A DNA stretch of 64,000 bases, taken from the NCBI RefSeq assembly GCF_009914755.1, contig NC_060929.1. The stretch is one strand, 5' to 3'. Shown piece by piece: positions 1 to 11,119 of the stretch (within the stretch, counting starts at the first letter, position 1; the number at the start of each line of letters is the position of its first letter). Source of the stretch: the human T2T-CHM13v2.0 reference genome, Homo sapiens. The position numbers and the translations under genes are program-made. The notes beneath the pieces were generated by a model, which worked only from the letters and a program-made list of their open reading frames with translations, had not been told where the DNA came from and ran no database searches.

Positions 1-125
1 GGCTGAGGCAGGAGAATCCCTTGAACATGGGAGGCGGAGGTTGCCGCGAGCCAAGATCATGCCACTGCACTCCAGCCTGGGCAACAGAGCGAGAATCTGT
101 TTCAAAAAAAATAAAAATAAATAAA
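1..125 (+). mobile_element. Alu right arm and A-rich tail (cut by window start)
   Basis: GGCTGAGGCAGGAGAATC...CACTCCAGCCTGGGCAACAGAGCGAGA followed by an A-rich tail. Confidence 0.95.
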
Positions 126-148
126 TTAATTATTTAATTAATTAAAAA

Positions 149-582
<434 letters not shown>

Positions 583-819
583 TTAATTTGCAATTTTAAG
601 GAAATATTTTATTTAGAATAAGAGGAATATGACCATTTTATTTCTATTACAAAACTTTGTAACAATACTATATTATTGGCGTAAGTGAATAGACTAATTA
701 AGAATGGGATACTATTTCCCAAGGAACAAAAGAATTCAACAAGTGATTTTTAAATTAATCTGGAAAAGTTATACATGATATTATGTGAGGACTAGATCCA
801 TTTCAGAGTGAAATTCCAT

Positions 820-1890
820 AATGTCCATCAAACCTACCATGTCCAAAATGTAACTGTCATCTACACTTCCCAGCCCTGCCTCCACCAAACCTGCTTCCTC
901 TGTAATTTTCCCATCTCCATTATGGGCAACGTGATAATTGCATTGCCCATAATGCAATTTCCAGTTACTCAGGCCAAATAGCTTGGATTCCAGTCTTTAT
1001 CTCACACATTCAGTCTGTTATGATATTCTGTTGACTCCACCTTCAAAATATTTCCAGAATTTTACCATTATTTGCTACTTCCCACTGCTACCACCCTAGT
1101 CAAAGGGACCATCAACTGTCATGTGGACTGCTATAATAAACTTTCACCCTTTTTTTCCTATAATTTATTATTAACATAGAAGCCAGTTACACTTTATAAA
1201 ACAAGTCATGTTGTTATACTTATCTGTTCAAAACCCTTCAATGATTCCCCATTTAATTCACAGTAAAAGCCTAGGTCCTTACAAAGGCCTAAGGCTCTTT
1301 GCAGTTACCACCTCTTCCTCTCAGTCTCTCTGACTTTCTCTCTTACTACCTTCTCCATCACTTATTCTGCACCAGCCACACTATCCTTCCTGCTGTTCAT
1401 CAAGTAAGCTAGGTGTGTTCCATCTCAGGGCCTCTGCAATGGCTGTTCCCTCCACCCAGAATACTGCCCCTAGGATGTCCACATGGCCAACTCCCTCAGT
1501 TCCTTCAAGTCTTTACTCAAATGGCACCTTCTCAATGAGGCCTACAATAATCACTCTACTTTAAAATTCCAGCCACCCCTCCCACACGCTCAGTCTCTCA
1601 ATCTCCCTGTTTAGTTGTATTCAATAGGGCTATTAACTCCCACGTACTTTGCCTTATTTGCTTAATTCTTACAAACAACCCCATGAAGTAGGGACTCTTG
1701 CTATCAATTGTATAGATGAGGAAACTGAGCCTTAAAGAGGTTAATTTATTCTTTATCATCCCTCTCCTGCCCTAGAATGACCTCCATGAAGGAAAGGATT
1801 TCTGTCAGTTTTGTTCACTGTTGTTCCAGTGCCCAGAACCCTGCCTAGCAAATAGTAGACACTTAATAAATATTTGTTGGATTAATGACT
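820..1890 (+). mobile_element. L2 LINE 3' portion, with a minus-strand MIR inserted at ~1640-1745
   Basis: L2 motifs CCAGTTACTCAGGCCAAA and CTTCAAAATATTTCCAGAAT, terminal AATAAATATTTGTTG; MIR core GATGAGGAAACTGAG. Confidence 0.8.
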
Positions 1891-2134
1891 AAACCCCTCA
1901 GGATCCAATGTAGGGTTATTACATATATTATAGTTTAATGTCACCATCATTTCATAATGATAGGACACGTTTACACTAAAAATGAAGGAAGGATACAACC
2001 TCACTTCAGGGACTGCTCTAACAATTGAATAAATGTAACTTTAGGGAAATACCACCACAGTCTTTTTCTCATTTAACATAAGACACTTTGTCACAGATGG
2101 GCTGTAAGTCCTGAGATTACAAAGAATTGAGGGC

Positions 2135-2590
2135 CAGCATGTGACGTATAGAAAGCAAGGCTGTAAGGCTTCAGACCTGCAACTGATTTAATAGGCAAAT
2201 GATACAACCTCTTGACATCTGTTTCCTCCTGTCTCAGATGGGAACAGTCACAGCTGCCTTACCTACCTGTCAAGGTGTTGTTACAGTCAAAAGAAAGAAT
2301 AGACAAGAAAACCAAGCTTTTACAAAGGTAAAGCCCCTGTAGTGGTAAGTGCTAACGTTTAATGGATATTTACTTGATGCCAGACTCTTGTCTAAGCACT
2401 TTATCAACTCATTTAATCCCTATAAACAACTCTATGAAGTAGGCTCTATTACCGTTTCCATATCACAAATGAGGAAGAGACTTGAGGCTTACAGAAGTTA
2501 AATAATTTGTCCAAGTCACATGGTAAGCAGAGGAGCTGATGTACAAAACAAGACTAACTTCCAGAGTTTCTGCCCTTTGTCACTGGACTG
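2135..2590. mobile_element. Two MIR relics (+ at ~2135-2300, - at ~2360-2590)
   Basis: TCTGTTTCCTCCTGTC...TACCTACC; CATTTAATCC...ACAAATGAGGAAG...TTGTCCAAGTCACA. Confidence 0.7.
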
Positions 2591-2927
2591 CAGAGCCTCT
2601 CACTACACAAGCCCAACTGTTTTCATTATATACCTTGGATTCACCTCTGGAGTTCAGGATCTAATGGGGTTGAGGAGGAGGACAATGCCCAAGAATAAAA
2701 AGACAAAACATAGCGATTTCAGTTGAAAAGTATTATACATGTAGAAACTAAGTGAATGCCAGAATGAAGCAAGAGATGGGTTTAGTGGGATTAATCTAGA
2801 ACTGCTTTGTGGCAGACAGAATTCTGAACATAATTTGAAAGAAAGGGAAAACATGGCATTGAGGAGACAGGTCATGTTCCAGGTGGGGAGAAGGTTGTGC
2901 AGACAAGTTATTAAGACAAATGTCGGA

Positions 2928-3130
2928 GACAGCAATGTGTCTACATGATGCCAAAACATCTGGTCAATTCAGTTTAAAAAAAAAAAAAAACTTTCATCAA
3001 TGCAGTGAATTTCTTCAGTCAATCCAGATGTTTGGCATCTTGTAGACAAAACATCCAGATGATTAACTGAAGATTTGACAGAATTGACTGGATTAACCAG
3101 ATGTTATAGCATTGTATAGACATAGTGTCA
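2928..3130. repeat. Nested inverted-repeat cluster
   Basis: TGTCTACATGATGCCAAAACATCTGG (2938-2963) pairs with CCAGATGTTTGGCATCTTGTAGACA (3024-3048); a third diverged arm lies at 3097-3122. Confidence 0.8.
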
Positions 3131-3767
3131 GGCCGTTTGCTTGGCTGAAGCAGAGTCCAGCTGTAGAGGAGATAGAAGGCCCAAGCAGAGAGGCGGGATT
3201 TGGAGGAGAGGACCTGGAGATTGGATTTGATGAAATTGGTAGCTGCTGGAAGAGGAGGGTGATGGAAATGATGCTTAAGGAAGATAATTCTGTGTAAAGA
3301 GGGGGAAAAAATGCTGAAAGGAAAAGTTGTAGACAGGAAAAAGGATATTAGAAGAGTGCAGGTGTGTGTGTGAGGTAATTAAAGCCTGGACCAGACCCAG
3401 GCCTGGGAAGGCAACAGGAAGAAGCAGATCTGAAAAACATTACAGAAAAAGAACAGGAAGTCATGATGGGCTAGACAAGGGAGTGAAACTGCACATCACC
3501 CCAAGGCTGGAAACTCTGAGGCCTGGGAAAGCAGCCGCTGTCAGCCTCATCACAGTAATGAACCAAAGGACCCCTCCCCACAGCCTCACATCCAAGGGCT
3601 ACAGCCAGGCCTACAGCCAGAGGGAACTCAGAGACCACAACACAACCCTCATATTCAGGTTCCTTAATTATTTTAATGCTACCTAAATTGAATTCCCTTT
3701 AAGCCCAGTTTCATGAAGTGATCAAGAATGCTAGATTAGGATTATCAGGTAGAAACAATTTCAGTGA

Positions 3768-3812
3768 AAAGTCTTAAAAACTAAGATGTAAAGTCTTAAA
3801 AAACTAAGATGT
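3768..3812 (+). repeat. 22/23-bp tandem duplication
   Basis: AAAGTCTTAAAAACTAAGATGT followed by AAAGTCTTAAAAAACTAAGATGT. Confidence 0.9.
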
Positions 3813-4384
3813 ATAAGTAAATTAGATAAAATGAGATTATGAGAAATTGCACACCACCTGTTACCTGACAGATTAGCATTAGAGAAGCCTATTAACAGGC
3901 AGGAATAAAAGGCTGAATTCAAGAATTTATGATACTTTTTAAATCTCTAATTTATGAAACTTTAGAAGGTACAAGTCTTGGTTTAGATATTTCACAGAAC
4001 TTTTTAAAATTCCAAATATCGTATTTGATAAGAATCAAGTTGATCTTGTAGTCACAAATTCCACTTTATTAGGATTTAAACTGTAATAGTTACATGATAG
4101 AGTATACTCCATCTTATTTTTTAAAATTCTCAATATCCATACACTTGACGGTTTTGCAATTTTGCAGTTTCAAATATTTTTAGCCCCAGGCCTATCAGCC
4201 CACACAGCCAGTTGTGTGCCCTTTATAAATACACCCAGATTTTCTCAAACTACTCCTTTGTTTATTTCAACAGAGAAAGAACCTTCAATAGAGACTAATC
4301 TCTCTTTGTTCATGGATTGGTACTGCACTGAGAATCTATCTCCATCCTGCTCCCGACAACACAGAATGTGAAATCGTAAATGTA

Positions 4385-4590
4385 TTAATGTGCTTCAGAA
4401 TCACCCTGCAGGAAGTGGAGGGGCAGGAATCTTGTCAAAATGAGTTTCCCAGGCCTCAGAAATGACAAGTCCGTTGATCTGGGTAGGGGTCCAGGAATCT
4501 GTTGCGTTTGTTTCTTTTTGAATAAGCTTACTCAACTAATTCTGATGCCTATTTTCTGAAAATCAGAAATCAGACTTAGACACTGCCCTA
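4385..4590. mobile_element. MER5-type hAT-Charlie DNA transposon relic
   Basis: CAGAATCACC...GGGGTCCAGGAATCTG...AATTCTGATGC. Confidence 0.6.
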
Positions 4591-5916
4591 GAGCAGAAAA
4601 CTGAAAGAATGAAAAACATCAAATGGACATGAGAATCTTAAATGGCAAAATAGGCTTTTTTTTTTAATCAAAGACTCATATTCTCTTAGGTATTTCTTTA
4701 TATAATGAGCCCCTATGTAAATTTACCATATTCTTTGATATGCAAAATTTTTCACAGAAACTGCATAACATCAAATACACCTATACAATCAGAGAAGCCA
4801 AGAAGACAAGTAGGACAGCTTGTCTGTTCCCAATTCCCAGAACTTCCTACTACACCCCTTCCTGAACATAATGTTTACATGATGGGAAAATGCAATTAAT
4901 GATCTTGGTAAGTCTTTCTAGTGCTCCAAGTTTAAGTCAGTCACTTATTTATAAGACAGAAAATAAAAAAATTTCACATCACTGAAACAATGAGTGATTT
5001 CTCCAGGTATTTAAATATAGCCTTCCAATAGCAATTATTTTATAGTAAAGATCTCAAACTTAGTAGACAGCAACTAGTTATTCGAAAAGCTAATCAGTGA
5101 AATGTCCCCTATCAAAGCATCAAGATTAGAGTATTTGTTCTCTATCTATAATCATATAACTGCTTCTTTTTTGGCAGCACAAACTATACCTACAAGAAAG
5201 ATTAGTGGATTTTTTTCTGGTACTATAGTTCCATTTGCCTTAAACCTGACTCATTTTCCTAAACTTCTTTTTCCCAAAGATATAGGAAAGAAAATAAGAA
5301 ATTTGGAGAATTTTACTAGAGACTCTTCATTACCTACGATGTCACAATTAAAAGTCTAATTTATCAACTTGCTTTGAATGATGCTTTTGAAACACATCAA
5401 GAATTTTATATGTAAGCCAAGTGGTTTTGACTTGAGTAGTAATTCTTTCCCACTTATCCATTCTCCTGCTACCTTCAAATCACATCTAGCAACCACAGGA
5501 AATGGTCTCATGCCTAGTGGGAGGGAGTTAGGACCAGATAGGATTGCAAAAGAAAACCCTTAGGAATTTTCAGAACATATACAACATCAGTACCTGTGTT
5601 CTGATACAGGTTAAAACAGAAAGATTCACTTCCACTGATCTCTTTCTTATCCCCCACATAAAAATATTAACCTTCAATATCTCATCTGAACCATTATATT
5701 GATCAGGGTAAGAAATAAACAGAAGATTCTTCTTTCACAAATTTCATTGATTCTACTACTTTAGTAGAATCATAGAATGCCTTTTGAGGCTTTTGAGCTT
5801 TTTCGCATCAGGAGTATTGCTAGTCCGTAGGCTGTCTTTGCATGAATTGGAAAACGGTAGCCGGTCCCCAAGGCATTTTACTTCCATATGTCAGAAAATT
5901 GTGATAATATACTTAC

Positions 5917-5942
5917 TTTGTTAAAAAGAAACACTACTAAAT
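5917..5942 (-). other. Candidate 26-nt internal exon of the minus-strand gene
   Basis: Minus strand reads TTTTTTCTTGCAG|ATTTAGTAGTGTTTCTTTTTAACAAA|GTAAGT: consensus acceptor and donor. Confidence 0.45.
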
Positions 5943-6606
5943 CTGCAAGAAAAAAATCGTCATACTAAATATCAAAGCTATGTTGTTTGTGATGTGAATT
6001 ATGTTTTTTAGACATGGCACCCTTATGCAGTGCTTACCTGTACAGCTCTTCCTCCCTCCGCCTTCACTGTCAGTCTTCTGCATTTGCTAGCCAGCCCAAA
6101 TGCTCCTTAGACTCGTACTGAAATTCTGTTAAACGGCTCTCACGAAAACCACTCATGCTGTTCTTCCTGCCAAATCCAAGTCTACCTTCTTGGAATTATT
6201 TGCCTTCTCTTAATCCTGATTCTCTTCCTCCCTTTCCTACCAGCAATTCTTGTCCTGCACCTGTTTTCTGTGGACTCCATTCTTAGACTTCAGTTCTGAG
6301 GAATCTGGTCAGTCCTCCCTGAGATAAAATGGTCCTCATAGCTAACAGGTTTAGCATAGTGGAAGCTTCAGATGCTGTCTTTTCCACATGCCTTAACTTG
6401 TACCACTTAACTGTTTCCCACAGTGAAGATTCCAGTCAAATACTTGCCTTCCTGTAAAAACTTAGGGCACAGCCCTCCAGACTTAGTGACATAATCTGTG
6501 ACTTGAGCCATATGTTGTTCCATGTCATCTGCAGAGGCCCATGGCTTGTTCCTAAAAAAGACCTAGAAGTCAGACTCCATAGGAACTAAAGAGTCCTCAC
6601 TGCAAT

Positions 6607-7409
6607 TGAGAGACAGGGCTAGCTGGATTTTCTAGGCCAACTAAGAATCCCTAAGCCTAGCTGGGAAGGTGACCACATCCACCTTTAAACACGGGGCTTG
6701 CAACTTAGCTCACACCCGACCAATCAGGTAGTAAGGAGAGCTCACTAAAAAGCTAATTAGGCAAAAACAGGAGGTAAAGAAATAGCCAATCATCTGTTGC
6801 CTGAGAGCACAGCAGGAGGGACAATGATCAGGATATAAACCCAGGCATTCGAGCCAGCAACGGCTACCCTCTTTGGGTCCCTCCCTTTGTATGGGAGCTC
6901 TGCTTTCACTCTATTAAATCTTGCAACTGCACTCTCTTCCAGTCCGTGTTTGTTAGGGCTGGAGCTGAGCTTTCGCTCGCCATCCACCACTGCCGTTTCC
7001 GGCCACTGCAGACCCGCCACTGACTTCCATCCGTCCAGATCCAGCAGGGAGTCCGCTGTGCTCCTGATCCAGTGAGGTACCCATTGCCGCTCCTGATCAG
7101 GCTAAAGGCTTGCCCTTATTCCTGCACAGCTAAGTGCCTGGGTTCGCCCTAATGGAGCTGAACACTAGTCACTTGGTTCCACAGTTCTCTTCCGTGACCC
7201 ATGGCTTCTAATAGAGCTGTAATACTCACCGCATGGCCCGAGATTCCATTCCTTGGAATCCGTGAGCCCAAGAACCCCAGGTCAGAGAACACAAGGCTTG
7301 CCACCATCTTGGAAGCGGCCTGCGGCCAGTTTGGAAGCGGCCCGTGGCCATTTTGCAAGCAGCCCGCCACCATCTTGGGAGCTCTGGGAGCAAGGACCCC
7401 CTGGTCACA
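6607..7409 (+). mobile_element. Solo LTR17 (HERV-W LTR), full length, 4-bp TSD CAAT
   Basis: Starts TGAGAGACAGG...AAGAATCCCTAAGCCTAGCTGGGAAGGTGACC and ends AAGGACCCCCTGGTCACA; CAAT at 6603-6606 and 7410-7413; CCAAT boxes, GATATAAA (6832-6839), ATTAAA (6913-6918). Confidence 0.95.
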
Positions 7410-8200
7410 CAATCGCTGAACTACAGCCCTCTGCTTCTGGCTCCCAACTTTCTGAAGCACTGTGGGGAAGATGGTTCTTCACCAATCCTGCAATCCAACG
7501 GCCACCCAGTAAAATGAGGAACAGACATTCTTCCCAGCCCTGTGGGCTAGACGAGTAGCTAGTGTCTCTTCTATAGGTTGGTAATGGTTCCAGGTTGTAG
7601 AATGAGGTCTTCATGACTTACGGGGCTGTGGCATCATTGGGTTCCTGGATGACATTCTAATATGGTCCATGACCTGCCTTAAGCTCCTGGGTAAACCCTC
7701 TCTTCATGCATAATGTGGGTAATGTATTTAGCGTCTTTCTCCAAAGAAAATCTCTATGCTAACAAGGGTTAGTAGTGTGCTGGAATGGTACACTCACCTC
7801 TCTTGCGCATGGTAGCTCACCCCCTACTCCCTTTAACTATCCAAAACACTCGATGTCTCCTGAGCCTTGTTTAATAACAGGGCCTTTTTTCCCTCCAGAC
7901 AATCCCATCAAGAACCACCTAAAAAAAAGACAGCTATTTAAAAATCTGTGACACTCAAAAAAGTCTTCCAACATATGAATGCCAGCTCTTTTTGTCTTTA
8001 ATCCTCTATTTTTCTTACTGTTGGTAAGTAAAACTTATGGGGAGGGGAGGGGGGTTTGTTTTTATTTTGTTTTTTTATAAGTGCACTTTTTCTTCAACCA
8101 CCTTATATGCAGGAAGTGAAGTAAATATTGACCTAAAAACATTAAAGCACCTTCAAAAACCAAGTAGTTTTTCCCCTAGAATTACTGTACAACTAGAAAA

Positions 8201-8243
8201 TGGCCTTGGTTGTCATTGGCCTTGGTTGTCATTGACCTTGGTT
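8201..8243. repeat. 16-bp tandem repeat (~2.7 copies), each unit containing an NR5A-type site
   Basis: TGGCCTTGGTTGTCAT x2 + TGACCTTGGTT; reverse complements CCAAGGCCA and CCAAGGTCA. Confidence 0.85.
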
Positions 8244-9819
8244 TAATGCCTGGTTAAACCCTAAGGAAACTGCTTCCAAGACAGGATTTAGATGCTCCAG
8301 AAGTTGTTAGAATGTGGTGCACAAAAAATATTTCATATCCTGGTTTACTTGCCTGAAGAACCTCCATGAAGTAGACTCTATACAGGAAACAATTCCATCT
8401 TCCAGAGTGAATATTCACTCATTTGCTTTTCCAGCCAGGAGACTGGAAGAAGCCAGCAGGCAATGTAGTCATTTGGTAATGTTCTTCCTACTGCCAAGAT
8501 GGATTAATGCTGGGAGACCTTACAACGGGTGAGTAATCGGTAGTGCGTGCAGGCCCTCGGAGATCCCTGAGGTGTGATTATTTTCATGCGTACATTTCTG
8601 TCGTCATCCTCCAAAGGGTGCTTTGTCATTTCCTTCACTCTTTCCTCACTGGACTCTCAAGTCTGTATTACAAGGATGACATGATTTCCAAGTCATTGCC
8701 AATCTCCTCAAACTGAGTTGGTGAGCACTTTAAGGACATTGCTAAAATGTGAGGGTTGTACTAACAAGATTACTCTGGTTTCCCTTTAAATGATTCTGGA
8801 AAAGTATGAACAGTTGTTTATTAAAATATGATTTAGAACCTAATCAACCCCTAGGTCCACTGCCTTGTTTGCTATGTTCCTACCTAATCCTCAGGTTGAC
8901 ATTAAGATGGCATGGACCTATTAAGATCTCAGACTATGAGCAACTACATTGAAACAACAATGTAAATATGTAAGATGTGAGTTTTAAAATTAATTGCACT
9001 TTGCATTTTTTAGCATTACTATCATTTACTCCCTGAGCTGCTCTCACCGCCACCACTCCAACTCTTCAACTTGTGTTCAACTCCCTTCTGGAAGTAAACA
9101 GGCCTGTGAAATGGGAAATCAGACATCAAAAGAGCTCACACTCTAACCTTTTGTTCAAGTTCTGTCCCTGCCACCAACTAGCTGGGAGTCCTTAGAGGAT
9201 ATACCTAAACTTTCTGAGTTTAAAGTATAAAATGATTAGCACAATGATCAATAAATGCTAACCACGACAGCATTAGTTTAGTAATGTCTATTATTAATAT
9301 TATTTCCTCCTTCAGCCAAAGCTTGAGTAGTATAGAATCCTTGTCTAATATTGGGTTCCAGACTCCTATAAGCTTTACCTTACATCTCGTCTTTGCTGGC
9401 TGAGCAGGTAACCAAATGGATATATGCTCAGCAGAGCTGTGCAGCCATCTTGGATCCTCCTGTTACTCTCGCCACTGGTGGTTCTTGGACCAGAGCCCAA
9501 AACCCTCTCTCTGTGTTTTAGGTACCTGCTAAGCTTTTTCCTACTGGTTACTCAGGAGGTTAGATGCTTCTGTCCTCTTCCCAGATCCCTTCTGCTCTGA
9601 GTCCCCGGTATTAAGGCTATCTCCAATAGCAGGGCTAGAATTTTAGAAGACTGGGCCAAACGTATCTCTGAAACCTGGGAAGCTCTTAGCTTGATCCCTC
9701 AGAGGGCTCCCCAGGGATCAGTCTTCTACAGTTCTAAAAGCAACCCCAACCCCACGTATGCTGCGTCACCTAAGCTGGGTGCTGCTGCTGATTTGAGGTG
9801 GTCCAAGCCATAAGCCAGA

Positions 9820-9960
9820 GGCCCTGCTCTGGCTGATGTTAGAATCACTCAAAAACTTCGAAAAACACAGATGTCTGTCCCACTCCCAACTCTGGGACTC
9901 GATATTTTTTAAAGTTTCCTGGGTAATTCTGATGATGAATGCCAGTTTGAGAAGCTCTGA
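9820..9960. mobile_element. MER5-type DNA transposon relic
   Basis: TTAGAATCAC...GGTAATTCTGATG...CCAGTTTGAGAAGCTCTG. Confidence 0.6.
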
Positions 9961-11119
9961 TTTGAGCAGCTACCAAATATCCCTATCTATTCCTCCCATG
10001 TCTTGGAACTGGACTATCTTTCTGAGCTACATAAACCTGCTGCTGTTTCTCCTAAATCCTGTTAGTTGTTGACTCTGGTTACCATGAGCTCCAAACAGGT
10101 GATAGGGAATCAAGCTGCTGATTGTGGCTTAGGAGCCTCTTCTCCCCACACTCAGACCCTTGATCCCAAAAAACATTAAAGATATCATATTTCATCCAAA
10201 GAAATATAATCAAGCGAGAACAGGGGTTGTAGAATCAGTAGCAGCTAGTGTGGAACAATGGATGTGAGTTCAAAAGATTTAAAGGCCTGAGACTCCAACA
10301 GTGATCCAAAGCAGATAAAAGGCCCTTCTCCCTGCCAAGGCAATCTAACGTGCTGTAGCACTTACTGTACTGGTGAACTTCATGAAGCAACCCTAGTGAG
10401 ACGTTTGTTTTCTAAGGGAAAAGAAAACAGAAAGATTGTGACAAGCCTTGATGTGATTAAAACAAATGAGCAGAGCAATATGTTTGTAGGTATTGTTGAG
10501 AGGTGCCGGTGCTGCCCACCTGGCCCAAACTCCAGCTCTATCTCCGTCCATCTCTGTGTTCCAGGTACTTTCTTACACCCTGCCCACTGGACCATGGGCC
10601 TCTGTGGTTCACTGGTTAACACTTGCCTAATCAACTAGACAAACACAGGACGGGACAGCTGGGCGCTGAGCTGCCAGGGCACATGTGGGAGCTGCTTCAA
10701 GACTGACCACGAGGCCAAATTAATCTAAGAACCTGTTGCAAGAGCAAATGCTGTGAAGGCAAGATGGAGGTGTCCCTGGGGGCCCAGTGGCTTCTCAGTG
10801 AATGGGCTTCCATTCTTCTTTTCTGCTTGACCAGCCTAAAAACAAGAGGCTGGCCTCACAGAGGATTCTTCTTAGAAGATATTGCAGAGCCACTTATAAG
10901 ACCAACGTATTTCACAGCCCAATATCCTTACTGACATCTCAGACCACCCCTCTCCCCACCTTCTTTTAATCACTTTCTTTTCTCCTCCAGGGCACAAACA
11001 GCTTTTATGCAAATTATCTCTCAGGACAGGTGTGAGGGCTTTCCGCAAAGAAAGACTGATCGCATCCAAGGTCCTTTATCCCTTAGAGGGCTCCCCAGGG
11101 ACAAGCAACCTGTTCTGCC

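Noticed and set aside
6790-7614. Cluster of 60-103 aa ORFs
   Set aside because: They lie within or run off the LTR17; there is no gag/pol/env sequence because it is a solo LTR.
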